This document shows positions 1-11,337 of a stretch of DNA of 32,000 bases, piece by piece; the stretch's first letter is position 1; every line of letters begins with the position of its first letter. This DNA comes from Pseudomonas aeruginosa. Lineage in GTDB: Bacteria > Pseudomonadota > Gammaproteobacteria > Pseudomonadales > Pseudomonadaceae. The notes below the pieces were generated by a model, which was not told the origin of the DNA, made no database searches, and worked only from the letters and a program-made list of their open reading frames with translations. The position numbers were made by a program, and so were the translations under genes. The stretch covers positions 3,780,001 through 3,812,000 of the forward strand of contig NZ_LN831024.1 in NCBI RefSeq assembly GCF_001457615.1. The letters run 5' to 3'.

Positions 1-151
1 CGTGCACCTGAGCTTTGACGACCCACTCGCTGCCGCCGATCTTGTCGCAGGCTTCTGCGGCCTCTTCGGGGGTGTCTACGGCAAAGCCCTTGGATACAGG
101 CAGGCCGTATTCAGCGAACAGCTGCTTACCCTGATATTCGTGGAGATTCAT
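1..151 (-). CDS. sucC: Succinyl-CoA synthetase (ADP-forming) beta subunit, N-terminal part, truncated by the window edge
   Basis: Minus-strand translation from the ATG at 151 reads [50 protein letters not shown], the typical SucC ATP-grasp N-terminus; it lies downstream of lpdG. Confidence 0.95.
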   Translation of the reverse strand, partial: MNLHEYQGKQLFAEYGLPVSKGFAVDTPEEAAEACDKIGGSEWVVKAQVH

Positions 152-479
152 GCTTGTCTACCGTTATTCGTCTAGGTATTGCGCATTTCGGCGGAGCGCT
201 CGTGGCGCCCCACCACCTGTGACCGTCGTTTCGCGAACCACCCGGCTCGCGAAAAAACAGTCCGGCGGCATACGCCCGCGGCCACCTCGCAACGGTCGCC
301 GGCGCTCACCCGCCGTGGTTCTTCTGAAAGTCTGCCGCCTGCGGCATCCCGACGCAGGCGGCAAACCGTGGATTCTACAGAACCCGGACCCGACAAGGCC
401 AGGAACCTGTCCTGGCCTGACGGACGACGCGTCCCGCGTCGCTGTGACGCCCCTGGCGTGAACCGGGGCGTCGGATCAC

Positions 480-1919
<1,440 letters not shown>

Positions 1920-1984
1920 TCAATCCTTATTCGGGTGAAACCGGACGGCCCCACGAGGGGGCCGCCGTGAAGAGAAACGCTAAA

Positions 1985-3214
1985 TCAGACGTCCAGCAGC
2001 AGGCGAGCCGGATCTTCCAGCAGGTCCTTGATCGCCACCAGGAAGCTCACCGCTTCCTTGCCGTCGATCAGACGGTGGTCGTAGGACAGCGCCAGGTACA
2101 TCATCGGCAGGATCACCACCTGGCCGTTCACGGCCATCGGGCGCTCCTGGATCTTGTGCATGCCGAGGATGGCGGTCTGCGGCGGGTTGACGATCGGAGT
2201 CGACAGCAGGGAACCGAACACGCCACCGTTGGAGATGGTGAAGGTGCCGCCGGTCATGTCTTCGATGGTCAGCTTGCCTTCCTTCGCCTTCTTGCCGAAG
2301 TTGGCGATGCCGCCCTCGATCTCGGCCAGGCTCATGAACTCGGCGTTACGCAGCACCGGAACCACCAGGCCGCGGTCGCTGGAAACGGCAACGCCGATGT
2401 CCTGGTAGCCGTGGTAGACGATGTCGTTGCCGTCGATGGAAGCGTTGACCCCCGGGAAGCGCTTCAGCGCCTCGGTGGCGGCCTTGACGAAGAAGGACAT
2501 GAAGCCCAGGCGCACGCCGTTGTGCTTCTTCTCGAACAGGTCCTTGTACTTCGAACGCAGGTCCATGATCGGCTTCATGTTGACCTCGTTGAAGGTGGTC
2601 AGCATGGCCATGGCGGACTGCGCCTCGACCAGGCGCTCGGCGACCTTGGCCCGCAGGCGGGTCATCGGCACGCGCTTCTCGACACGGTCGCCGGCGGCGA
2701 AGATCGGCGCCTCGGCAGCCGGGGCGGCAGGCTTGGCCGGGGCGGCCGGGGCGTTCTTCTTCGCTTCGACCGCAGCGACCACGTCTTCCTTGGTCACGCG
2801 ACCGCCCTTGCCGGTGCCGGCGATGCTGTTCGGATCGATGCCGGCTTCCTCGGCCAGCTTGCGCGCGGCCGGGGACAGGATGGCGTCGTCGCCGCCAGCG
2901 GCGGCCGGAGCGGCGGCCTGTGCAGCCGGAGCGGCGGCGGGCGCAGCGGCAGCCGGAGCGGCCGGAGCGGCGGCGCCGCCTTCGTTCAGCTTGCCGAGCA
3001 GCTCGTTGCTCAGAACGGTGTCGCCTTCGTTCTTGATGATCTCGGCCAGCACGCCGTCAGCCTCGGCGAGAACCTCGATGACCACCTTGTCGGTCTCGAT
3101 GTCGACGATCAGTTCGTCGCGCTTGACTGCTTCGCCCGGCTTCTTGTGCCAGGTGGCGACGGTGCCGTCGGCGACCGATTCCGGGAAGGTTGGGGCTTTG
3201 ATTTCGATAGCCAT
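1985..3214 (-). CDS. sucB: Dihydrolipoamide succinyltransferase (E2 of 2-oxoglutarate dehydrogenase), 409 aa
   Basis: Lipoyl domain with VEIETDK-like motif ([14 protein letters not shown]), Ala/Pro-rich linker, catalytic-domain C-terminus [35 protein letters not shown]. Confidence 0.97.
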   Translation of the reverse strand: MAIEIKAPTFPESVADGTVATWHKKPGEAVKRDELIVDIETDKVVIEVLAEADGVLAEIIKNEGDTVLSNELLGKLNEGGAAAPAAPAAAAPAAAPAAQAAAPAAAGGDDAILSPAARKLAEEAGIDPNSIAGTGKGGRVTKEDVVAAVEAKKNAPAAPAKPAAPAAEAPIFAAGDRVEKRVPMTRLRAKVAERLVEAQSAMAMLTTFNEVNMKPIMDLRSKYKDLFEKKHNGVRLGFMSFFVKAATEALKRFPGVNASIDGNDIVYHGYQDIGVAVSSDRGLVVPVLRNAEFMSLAEIEGGIANFGKKAKEGKLTIEDMTGGTFTISNGGVFGSLLSTPIVNPPQTAILGMHKIQERPMAVNGQVVILPMMYLALSYDHRLIDGKEAVSFLVAIKDLLEDPARLLLDV

Positions 3215-3256
3215 TGTGTGCGTTTCCTTAAATTCGGTTTCTTCAGCGCGTAGGCG

Positions 3257-6088
3257 TTAAACAGTAAAGGCGTCTTGCAGCAGTTTTTCCTGCTGCTCGG
3301 CGTGCATCGAGGCGTAGCCGCAAGCCGGAGCAGCGGAGCCTTCGCGGCCGGCGTACTCGAGATTGAGGCCCTTCTTGTGCGCGGCGATGACACGACGCAT
3401 GTGATGCTGGCTGCAGAACCAGGCGCCCTGGTTCATCGGCTCTTCCTGGCACCAGACGATGTGCTTGAGGTTCTTGTACGGAGCCAGAACTTCCGCCAGG
3501 TCGTCTTCCGGGAACGGATACAGCTGCTCGATACGGACGATCGCGGTATCTTCGCGGCCTTCCGCGCGACGCTTCTCCAGCAGGTCGTAGTACACCTTGC
3601 CGCTGCACAGCACGACGCGGTCGACCTTCTTCGGATCCAGGCTGTCGATTTCCGGGATCACGGTCTGGAAGGAACCGTTGGCCAGATCTTCCAGGGTCGA
3701 GATGGCGAGCTTGTGACGCAGCAGGGACTTCGGCGTCATCACCACCAGCGGCTTGCGCAGCGGGCGGATCACCTGACGGCGGAGCATGTGGTAGACCTGA
3801 GCCGGGGTGGTCGGCACGCAGACCTGGATGTTCTGCTCGGCACAGAGCTGCAGGTAGCGCTCCAGGCGCGCGGAGGAGTGCTCCGGGCCCTGCCCCTCAT
3901 AGCCGTGCGGCAGCAGCATGGTCAGGCCGCAGAGTCGGCCCCATTTGCTTTCGCCACTGGTGATGAACTGGTCGATGACCACCTGGGCGCCGTTGGCGAA
4001 GTCGCCGAACTGGGCTTCCCAGATCACCAGCGAGTTCGGCGTGGTGGTGGCGAAACCGTATTCGAACGCCAGCACGGCCTCTTCCGAAAGGAAGGAATCG
4101 TAGATATCCAGGCGCGGCTGGCCGTCGAACAGATTGGCCAGCGGTACGTAGACCGAGTCATCCTTCTGGTTGTGCAGCACCGCGTGACGGTGCGAGAAGG
4201 TGCCACGGCCGACGTCCTGGCCGGTCATCCGTACCGGATGGCCTTCGAACAGCAGGGTCGCGTAGGCCAGGGTCTCGGCGAAGCCCCAGTTGATCGGCAG
4301 GCCACCGGCCGCCATCTTCTGGCGATCTTCGTAGATCTTCGAAACCTGGCGCTGAACCACGAAGCCTTCCGGCACTTCCAGCATCTTGCTGGACAGTTCC
4401 TGCAGGGTCTTCAGGTCGAAGCGGGTGTCGTGACGCGCGGTCCAGGCATGACCCAGGTACGGACGCCAGTCGACGAACAGTTCCTTGTTGGGTTCCTTGA
4501 CCAGGCTCTTCACCACGTGCAGGCCGTTGTCCAGGGCGTCGCGGTAGTCGTCGATCTTCGACTGAACCTGCTCGGCGCTGAGCACGCCGGCATTCACCAG
4601 GGCATCGGCGTACAGCTCGCGGGTAGTACGCTGCTTGGCGATCTGCTGGTACATCAGCGGCTGGGTGCCGCTCGGCTCGTCCGCCTCGTTGTGGCCGCGG
4701 CGACGGTAGCAGACCAGGTCGATGACCACGTCACGCTTGAACTGCATGCGGTAGTCGACGGCCAGCTGGGTGACGAACAGCACGGCTTCGGGATCGTCGC
4801 CGTTGACGTGGAAGATCGGCGCCTGAATCATCTTCGCCACGTCGGTGGCGTACTCGGTGGAACGCGCATCGTCCTGGCGACTGGTGGTGAAACCGACCTG
4901 GTTGTTGATCACCAGGTGGATGGTGCCACCGGTCTTGTAGGCGCGGGTCTGCGACATCTGGAAGGTTTCCATGACCACGCCCTGCCCCGCGAAGGCGGCA
5001 TCGCCGTGGATGGAAATCGGTACCACCTTGTCGCCGGAGCTGTCCTTGCGGCGGTCCTGGCGGGCACGAACGGAACCCTCGACCACCGGGGAAACGATTT
5101 CCAGGTGGGACGGGTTGAACGCCAGCGCCAGGTGGACTTCGCCACCGCTGGTCATCACGTTCGAGGAGAAGCCCTGGTGGTACTTCACGTCACCGGAGCC
5201 CAGCTCGACGATCTTCTTGCCTTCGAACTCGTCGAACAGGTCGCGCGGGTTCTTGCCCAGGGTGTTGACCAGGACGTTCAGGCGACCGCGGTGAGCCATG
5301 CCGATGACGATTTCCTTGGCGCCGTAGGAACCGCAGCGCTGGATGATCTCGTCGACCATCGGGATCAGGCTTTCGCCGCCTTCCAGGCCGAAACGCTTGG
5401 TGCCCGGGTACTTGGTGCCCAGGTACTTCTCCAGGCCTTCGGCCGCGGTCAGGCGCTCGAGCAGGTGCGCACGCGCCTCGGCGGAGAAGCCGGGACGACC
5501 ACGCACGCTTTCCAGACGCTGGAGGAACCACTTGCGCTGCTCGGAATCGACGATGTGCATGAACTCGGCGCCGAAGGTACCGCAGTAGGTGCTCTTCAGG
5601 CTGTCGACGATTTCACGCAGGGTCGCCTCTTCCTTGCCGATGTAAAGCTCACCGGTGCGGAAAGTGGTGTCCAGGTCGGCACCCGTCAGACCGTAGTGGT
5701 CGATCGACAGGTCGGCAGGCGCGGGACGCTGCCACAGGCCGAGCGGGTCGAGGGTGGAAGCCTGGTGGCCGCGGAGACGGTAAGCGTGAATGAGACGAAG
5801 GACTTCGACCTGCTTCTTCTCGTGCTCGCTGCTCACGCTACCGGCGGAAACCGGCTGGGCACGGCGCTGGTTCTTGGCCAGCAGGACGAAATGATCGCGC
5901 ACTGTGGAGTGCGAGACGTCGGGGGCGGGATTGCCATCGGCGGGAAGCTTCTGGAAATACGTGCGCCACTCTTCTGGCACAGCGTTAGGGTCGTGCAGGT
6001 AGAGCTCGTAGAGCTCTTCGACGTAGGCAGCGTTACCACCGGATAGATGGGCACTGTTCCACATCCGCTGCATTACGCTTTCGTGCAT
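3257..6088 (-). CDS. sucA: 2-oxoglutarate dehydrogenase E1 component, 943 aa
   Basis: Full-length E1 ORF with thiamine-enzyme motifs (EIVIGMAHRGRLNVLVNTLGK, GDAAFAGQGVVMETFQMS, VCYRRRGHNEADEPSGTQPLMY). Confidence 0.97.
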   Translation of the reverse strand: MHESVMQRMWNSAHLSGGNAAYVEELYELYLHDPNAVPEEWRTYFQKLPADGNPAPDVSHSTVRDHFVLLAKNQRRAQPVSAGSVSSEHEKKQVEVLRLIHAYRLRGHQASTLDPLGLWQRPAPADLSIDHYGLTGADLDTTFRTGELYIGKEEATLREIVDSLKSTYCGTFGAEFMHIVDSEQRKWFLQRLESVRGRPGFSAEARAHLLERLTAAEGLEKYLGTKYPGTKRFGLEGGESLIPMVDEIIQRCGSYGAKEIVIGMAHRGRLNVLVNTLGKNPRDLFDEFEGKKIVELGSGDVKYHQGFSSNVMTSGGEVHLALAFNPSHLEIVSPVVEGSVRARQDRRKDSSGDKVVPISIHGDAAFAGQGVVMETFQMSQTRAYKTGGTIHLVINNQVGFTTSRQDDARSTEYATDVAKMIQAPIFHVNGDDPEAVLFVTQLAVDYRMQFKRDVVIDLVCYRRRGHNEADEPSGTQPLMYQQIAKQRTTRELYADALVNAGVLSAEQVQSKIDDYRDALDNGLHVVKSLVKEPNKELFVDWRPYLGHAWTARHDTRFDLKTLQELSSKMLEVPEGFVVQRQVSKIYEDRQKMAAGGLPINWGFAETLAYATLLFEGHPVRMTGQDVGRGTFSHRHAVLHNQKDDSVYVPLANLFDGQPRLDIYDSFLSEEAVLAFEYGFATTTPNSLVIWEAQFGDFANGAQVVIDQFITSGESKWGRLCGLTMLLPHGYEGQGPEHSSARLERYLQLCAEQNIQVCVPTTPAQVYHMLRRQVIRPLRKPLVVMTPKSLLRHKLAISTLEDLANGSFQTVIPEIDSLDPKKVDRVVLCSGKVYYDLLEKRRAEGREDTAIVRIEQLYPFPEDDLAEVLAPYKNLKHIVWCQEEPMNQGAWFCSQHHMRRVIAAHKKGLNLEYAGREGSAAPACGYASMHAEQQEKLLQDAFTV

Positions 6089-6344
6089 GCTAGGTCACCC
6101 TCGGTAAGGGGACAACCACCTGGCGAAACCTTGAAGGCTCCGAAGTCCTCAGGCAGCGACATCGGTATGGCCACTACAGATCCCGCAGATAGTCCGGGTA
6201 CCAGCCCGGATGCCCCTGCTGGTCATATTTTTCAAATCTGGGCCATGGCTTTGTGAGCTTGGCCCGCTTAGTTGCTGCGACGCCGGAAGAACTCCGGCGC
6301 CACAGGTGTTGCTAGGTACAACTCATATAACAACTGCGAGAGGA

Positions 6345-7052
6345 TCAGGTTCCGCTCTGCAGCAGCATATTACGCACGTGGCCGATCGCCTTGGTCGGGT
6401 TCAGACCCTTCGGGCAAACGTTCACGCAGTTCATGATTCCGCGGCAGCGGAACACACTGAACGGGTCGTCCAGCGAAGCCAGGCGCTCTTCGGTCTTGGT
6501 GTCACGGCTGTCGGCCAGGAAACGATAGGCTTGCAGCAGTGCGGCCGGACCGAGGAACTTGTCGGGGTTCCACCAGAAGGACGGGCAGGAGGTCGAGCAG
6601 CAGGCGCACAGGATGCACTCGTACAGACCGTCCAGCTTCTCGCGCTCTTCCGGGGTCTGCAGACGCTCGATGGCCGGGGCCGGCGTATCGTTCTGCAGGA
6701 ACGGCTTCACCTTCTCGTATTGCTTGTAGAAGATGCTCATGTCCACGACCAAGTCACGAATGACCGGCAGGCCGGGCAGCGGACGGATCACCAGCTTGCC
6801 GCCCTTCAGGCCGGCGGCCGACAGCGGGGTGATGCAGGCCAGGCCGTTCTTGCCGTTGATGTTCATGCCATCGGAGCCGCAGACGCCTTCACGGCAGGAA
6901 CGACGGTAGGAGAAGCCCTCGTCCTGTTCCTTGATCAGCGCCAGCACGTCGAGGACCATCACGTCCTTGCCGTTGGTGTCGACCTGGAAATCCTGCATGT
7001 ACGGCGCAGCATCTTTGTCGGGGTTGTAACGATAAACACTCACTTGCAACAT
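6345..7052 (-). CDS. sdhB: Succinate dehydrogenase iron-sulfur subunit, 235 aa (ORF track starts 3 codons upstream)
   Basis: MLQVSVYRYNPDKDAAP; cysteine ligands SCREGVCGSDGMNINGKNGLAC and CILCACCSTSCPSFWWNPDKF. Confidence 0.96.
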   Translation of the reverse strand: MLQVSVYRYNPDKDAAPYMQDFQVDTNGKDVMVLDVLALIKEQDEGFSYRRSCREGVCGSDGMNINGKNGLACITPLSAAGLKGGKLVIRPLPGLPVIRDLVVDMSIFYKQYEKVKPFLQNDTPAPAIERLQTPEEREKLDGLYECILCACCSTSCPSFWWNPDKFLGPAALLQAYRFLADSRDTKTEERLASLDDPFSVFRCRGIMNCVNVCPKGLNPTKAIGHVRNMLLQSGT

Positions 7053-7063
7053 GGCGGGCACCC

Positions 7064-8836
7064 TTAGTAAGTCCGAACCTTGGGTTCGAATGCCGGAACG
7101 GTCTTCGGCGCGAAGTTGACGGAACGCTTGGATACGCGCTTCTCACCCGGGAAGTACAGGGTGTGGCACAGCCAGTTCTCGTCGTCGCGCTCCTCGAAGT
7201 CTTCACGGGCGTGGGCGCCACGGGACTCCTTGCGGTGCTCGGCCGCGATCGCGGTGGCCTCGGCCACCTCGAGGAGGTTTTGCAGTTCCAGCGCTTCGAT
7301 GCGCGCGGTGTTGAATGCCTGGCTCTTGTCGTTGATCTTGACGTTGGCGATACGCTCGCGCAGGTCGGCCAGCTGGGCGATGCCCTTCTGCATGTACTCG
7401 CCGGTGCGGAACACACCGAAGTAGTTCTGCATGCAGCTTTGCAGCTCGCGCTTGAGCGGAGCGACTTCTTCGCCGCTGGTGCGCTCGTTCACGCCGTTCA
7501 GGCGCTTGAAGGAGGCTTCCAGGTCGCTCTCGGAAGCGCCGCGGGCGTCGATGCCCTCTTTCAGCGCTTTTTCCAGGTGCAGACCGGCGGCACGGCCGAA
7601 TACCACCAGGTCGAGCAGCGAGTTGCCGCCCAGGCGGTTGGCGCCGTGTACCGATACGCAGGCCACTTCGCCTACGGCGAACAGGCCTTCGACGATCTGG
7701 TCGTTGCCGTTGGCGTCCTGGGTGATGGCCTGGCCATGGATGTTGGTGGCAACGCCACCCATCATGTAGTGGCAGGTCGGGATCACCGGGATCGGCGCAA
7801 CGACCGGGTCGACGTGGGCGAAGGTCTTGGACAGTTCGCAGATGCCGGGCAGGCGGCTGTGCAGGACTTCCTCGCCGAGGTGGTCGAGCTTCAGCAGCAC
7901 GTGGTCCTTGTTCGGGCCCACGCCGTTGCCGGCCAGGACTTCCTTGACCATGGAACGGGCGACCACGTCGCGGCCGGCCAGGTCCTTCGCGTTCGGCGCA
8001 TAACGCTCCATGAAGCGCTCGCCGTGGGCGTTGATCAGGTAACCGCCTTCGCCGCGGCAACCTTCGGTGACCAGTACACCGGCGCCGGCGATGCCGGTCG
8101 GGTGGAACTGCCACATCTCGATGTCCTGCACCGGCACGCCGGCACGCAGGGCCATGCCCACGCCGTCACCGGTGTTGATCAGCGCGTTGGTGGTGGAGGC
8201 GTAGATACGGCCGGCACCGCCAGTGGCCAGGACCACGGCCTTGGAACGGATGTAGACGGTCTCGCCGGTCTCGATGCAGATGGCGATGATGCCGACCACC
8301 GCGCCGTCCTGGTTCTTCACCAGGTCGACCGCGTACCACTCGTTGAGGAACGAGGTGCCATTCTTCAGGTTGGCCTGGTACAGGGTGTGCAGCAGCGCGT
8401 GGCCGGTACGGTCGGCGGCGGCGCAGGTACGGGCGGCCTGGCCACCCTTGCCGAAGTCCTTGGACTGGCCGCCGAACGGACGCTGGTAGATGCGGCCGGT
8501 TTCGGTACGGGAGAACGGCAGGCCCATGTGCTCGAGCTCGAACACGGCCTCGGGGCCGACGGAACACATGTATTCGATCGCGTCCTGGTCACCGATGTAG
8601 TCGGAGCCCTTGACGGTGTCGTACATGTGCCAACGCCAATCGTCGTTCGGGTCGGCCGAAGCGATCGCGCAGGTGATGCCACCCTGTGCGGATACGGTGT
8701 GGGAACGGGTCGGGAAGACCTTGGTCACCACGGCGGTCTTGTGGCCGCCCTGGGCCAGTTGCAGCGCGGCACGCATGCCGGCGCCACCGCCACCGACGAT
8801 GATGGCGTCAAAGGAAAGTGTACGAATGCTAGCCAT
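7064..8836 (-). CDS. sdhA: Succinate dehydrogenase flavoprotein subunit, 590 aa
   Basis: [40 protein letters not shown] flavinylation region; [21 protein letters not shown]. Confidence 0.97.
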   Translation of the reverse strand: MASIRTLSFDAIIVGGGGAGMRAALQLAQGGHKTAVVTKVFPTRSHTVSAQGGITCAIASADPNDDWRWHMYDTVKGSDYIGDQDAIEYMCSVGPEAVFELEHMGLPFSRTETGRIYQRPFGGQSKDFGKGGQAARTCAAADRTGHALLHTLYQANLKNGTSFLNEWYAVDLVKNQDGAVVGIIAICIETGETVYIRSKAVVLATGGAGRIYASTTNALINTGDGVGMALRAGVPVQDIEMWQFHPTGIAGAGVLVTEGCRGEGGYLINAHGERFMERYAPNAKDLAGRDVVARSMVKEVLAGNGVGPNKDHVLLKLDHLGEEVLHSRLPGICELSKTFAHVDPVVAPIPVIPTCHYMMGGVATNIHGQAITQDANGNDQIVEGLFAVGEVACVSVHGANRLGGNSLLDLVVFGRAAGLHLEKALKEGIDARGASESDLEASFKRLNGVNERTSGEEVAPLKRELQSCMQNYFGVFRTGEYMQKGIAQLADLRERIANVKINDKSQAFNTARIEALELQNLLEVAEATAIAAEHRKESRGAHAREDFEERDDENWLCHTLYFPGEKRVSKRSVNFAPKTVPAFEPKVRTY

Positions 8837-8839
8837 GGA

Positions 8840-9208
8840 TCACATACCCCAAAGAATCTGCACACCCCAGACGAAGAATGCGAACATCGCCATGCCGCAA
8901 ACCGCCTGGAAGAGGAAACGCACGACTGTCGCCGCCTTGCCGAGAGCCATCGAAGTCAGGTAGTCGGTGGAGATGGTCCACATACCGACCCACGCATGGA
9001 CGCTCAGGGCAACCAGGGTCAACAGGCTGAAGATGCGCATCCAACCCTGCGAGAACAGGCCGTGCCAGTCCGCGTAGGAAATGTTGGGGTGAGCAATGAG
9101 GTAGCCCAGCAGGAAAATGACATAAGCCGCGAGAACGACCGCGGAAACGCGCTGGGCCATCCAGTCGTAGAGGCCGGAGCGCGAGAAGTTTGTGACGTTA
9201 GTTACCAT
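8840..9208 (-). CDS. sdhD: Succinate dehydrogenase membrane anchor subunit, about 122 aa
   Basis: Membrane protein MVTNVTNFSRSGLYDWMAQRVSAVVLAAYVIFLLGYL, between sdhC and sdhA; its start overlaps the end of sdhC. Confidence 0.92.
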   Translation of the reverse strand: MVTNVTNFSRSGLYDWMAQRVSAVVLAAYVIFLLGYLIAHPNISYADWHGLFSQGWMRIFSLLTLVALSVHAWVGMWTISTDYLTSMALGKAATVVRFLFQAVCGMAMFAFFVWGVQILWGM

Positions 9209-9588
9209 ACCCATACCCCCGCCAGAACGATCAGCACCACCGCGATGGCGATGACGATTTTGGAGCCACGCTTACCGCCTTCCAGCGTCTCGCCGACGCC
9301 AGCGTCCATGACCAGGTGGCGAACACCGGCCACCAGGTGGTACAGCAGCGCAGACAGCAGGCCCCAGATCACCAGCTTGGCCAGGGGACTGGTCAGGCAC
9401 GCCTTCACCTGCTCGAAGCCTTCTTCCGAACTCAGCGACTTGTCGAGCGCGAACAGCAGCACGGCAATACCGAGGAACAGGATGACGCCAGAGATACGGT
9501 GGAGAATGGACGTGTAAGCGGTGACAGGGAGTTTGATGGTCCTTAGGTCTAGGTTTACAGGTCGTTTGCTATTCACGGCTTTTTTCAC
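9202..9588 (-). CDS. sdhC: Succinate dehydrogenase cytochrome b556 subunit, 128 aa, GTG start
   Basis: KRPVNLDLRTIKLPVTAYTSILHRISGVILFLG signature; plus-strand bases 9586-9588 are CAC, giving a GTG start. Confidence 0.95.
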   Translation of the reverse strand: MKKAVNSKRPVNLDLRTIKLPVTAYTSILHRISGVILFLGIAVLLFALDKSLSSEEGFEQVKACLTSPLAKLVIWGLLSALLYHLVAGVRHLVMDAGVGETLEGGKRGSKIVIAIAVVLIVLAGVWVW

Positions 9589-9708
9589 ACTGAGAGCCCT
9601 AACGAACAGGGCTAGTTGTCGGGAAGTGCACTTGTCAGGTACCCATCACCAGGGAGTGGCGACCGTCTATGAAAGCGGGCCAGGAATACCCCTTGCGGTC
9701 GGACGCCG

Positions 9709-9737
9709 AGTATAGACAGTTAGGCTACTAATGACAA
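9709..9737 (-). promoter_or_regulatory. Candidate sigma70 promoter for the sdhCDAB-suc operon
   Basis: Minus strand reads TTGTCA (9737-9732), a 17-nt spacer, then TATACT (9714-9709), about 120 bp upstream of sdhC. Confidence 0.65.
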
Positions 9738-9852
9738 CGAAAACACCCATCGCCAAATGGTTGATTGCGGGCCTTTTATAAAAGGCGTAAATAGCCCCCT
9801 TTTTCTGCGAAAACCCCGCCACGGAAGGCTCTACGGCATGGATTCGCGCAAA

Positions 9853-9880
9853 TTGACTTTCGAATTTATCCCTCTATAGT
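9853..9880 (+). promoter_or_regulatory. Candidate sigma70 promoter for gltA
   Basis: TTGACT (9853-9858), 16-nt spacer, TATAGT (9875-9880), upstream of the gltA ATG at 9937; Shine-Dalgarno TAGGAGG at about 9925-9931. Confidence 0.65.
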
Positions 9881-9936
9881 GGTGCGGGCCCTGCGTGGGG
9901 GGTACTGATGATTTCAAGCATAAATAGGAGGCCATC

Positions 9937-11223
9937 ATGGCTGACAAAAAAGCGCAGTTGATCATCGAGGGCTCAGCCCCCGTCGAACTGCCCGTCCTAT
10001 CCGGTACCATGGGTCCCGATGTAGTGGATGTACGGGGCCTCACCGCCACGGGCCACTTCACCTTCGATCCTGGCTTCATGTCGACCGCCTCCTGCGAGTC
10101 GAAGATCACCTATATCGACGGCGACAAAGGCGTCCTCCTCCATCGCGGCTACCCCATCGAGCAACTGGCAGAGAAATCCGACTACCTGGAAACCTGCTAC
10201 CTGCTGCTGAACGGCGAGCTGCCCACCGCCGCGCAGAAGGAACAGTTCGTCGGCACCATCAAGAACCACACCATGGTTCACGAGCAGTTGAAGACCTTCT
10301 TCAACGGCTTCCGCCGCGACGCCCACCCGATGGCCGTGATGTGCGGCGTGATCGGCGCCCTCTCGGCCTTCTACCACGACTCCCTGGACATCAATAACCC
10401 GAAGCATCGCGAAGTCTCCGCGCATCGCCTGATCGCCAAGATGCCGACCATCGCCGCCATGGTGTACAAGTACTCCAAGGGCGAGCCGATGATGTATCCG
10501 CGTAACGACCTGAACTACGCGGAAAACTTCCTGCACATGATGTTCAACACCCCCTGCGAGACCAAGCCGATCAGCCCCGTGCTGGCCAAGGCCATGGACC
10601 GCATCTTCATTCTCCACGCCGACCACGAGCAGAACGCCTCCACCTCCACGGTGCGTCTGGCCGGCTCCTCCGGCGCCAATCCGTTCGCCTGCATCGCCTC
10701 CGGCATCGCCGCCCTGTGGGGACCGGCCCATGGCGGCGCGAACGAAGCGGTGCTGCGCATGCTCGACGAGATCGGCGACGTGTCCAACATCGACAAGTTC
10801 GTCGAGAAGGCCAAGGACAAGAACGATCCGTTCAAGCTGATGGGCTTCGGCCATCGTGTCTACAAGAACTTCGACCCGCGCGCCAAGGTCATGAAGCAGA
10901 CCTGCGACGAGGTCCTCCAGGAGCTGGGCATCAACGACCCGCAACTGGAACTGGCGATGAAGCTGGAAGAAATCGCCCGCCACGACCCCTACTTCGTGGA
11001 ACGCAACCTGTACCCGAACGTCGACTTCTACTCGGGGATCATCCTCAAGGCGATCGGCATTCCGACCAGCATGTTCACCGTGATCTTCGCCCTGGCGCGT
11101 ACCGTCGGCTGGATCTCGCACTGGCAGGAAATGCTCTCCGGCCCCTACAAGATCGGCCGCCCGCGCCAGCTCTATACCGGCCACACCCAGCGCGACTTCA
11201 CCGCCCTCAAGGATCGCGGCTGA
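9937..11223 (+). CDS. gltA: Citrate synthase, 428 aa
   Basis: HExxN-type citrate synthase signatures: [48 protein letters not shown] and [17 protein letters not shown]. Confidence 0.98.
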   Translation: MADKKAQLIIEGSAPVELPVLSGTMGPDVVDVRGLTATGHFTFDPGFMSTASCESKITYIDGDKGVLLHRGYPIEQLAEKSDYLETCYLLLNGELPTAAQKEQFVGTIKNHTMVHEQLKTFFNGFRRDAHPMAVMCGVIGALSAFYHDSLDINNPKHREVSAHRLIAKMPTIAAMVYKYSKGEPMMYPRNDLNYAENFLHMMFNTPCETKPISPVLAKAMDRIFILHADHEQNASTSTVRLAGSSGANPFACIASGIAALWGPAHGGANEAVLRMLDEIGDVSNIDKFVEKAKDKNDPFKLMGFGHRVYKNFDPRAKVMKQTCDEVLQELGINDPQLELAMKLEEIARHDPYFVERNLYPNVDFYSGIILKAIGIPTSMFTVIFALARTVGWISHWQEMLSGPYKIGRPRQLYTGHTQRDFTALKDRG

Positions 11224-11243
11224 AACCCGTCACGTCCGGCGAG

Positions 11244-11268
11244 AAAGGCTGCTTCGGCAGCCTTTTTT
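11244..11268 (+). terminator. Rho-independent terminator of gltA
   Basis: AAAGGCTGC-TTCG-GCAGCCTTTTTT about 20 nt after the stop codon. Confidence 0.93.
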
Positions 11269-11293
11269 GTGCCCGCCCCTTTCCGCCGGACAC

Positions 11294-11322
11294 AAAAAAA
11301 CCGCCCCGGAGGCGGTCTTTTT
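11294..11322 (-). terminator. Intrinsic terminator of the START-like gene, possibly bidirectional
   Basis: AAAAAAACCGCC-CCGGA-GGCGGTCTTTTT; read on the minus strand the stem is followed by a run of Ts. Confidence 0.85.
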
Positions 11323-11337
11323 GCAGGGAAGGCGCGC

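Noticed and set aside
2700-2980. Repetitive GC-rich Ala/Pro codon tract
   Set aside because: This is the normal flexible linker of the E2 subunit SucB and not an independent repeat element.
3275-6046. 923-aa plus-strand ORF opposite sucA
   Set aside because: Antisense shadow of a highly GC-rich, codon-biased gene. Its composition is low-complexity, and the minus-strand protein is an unambiguous E1 component.
7163-9517. 784-aa plus-strand ORF opposite sdhA, sdhD and sdhC
   Set aside because: It spans three confirmed genes antisense with no recognizable domain.
9997-11184. 395-aa minus-strand ORF opposite gltA
   Set aside because: Antisense shadow of citrate synthase, with no plausible start context or domain.
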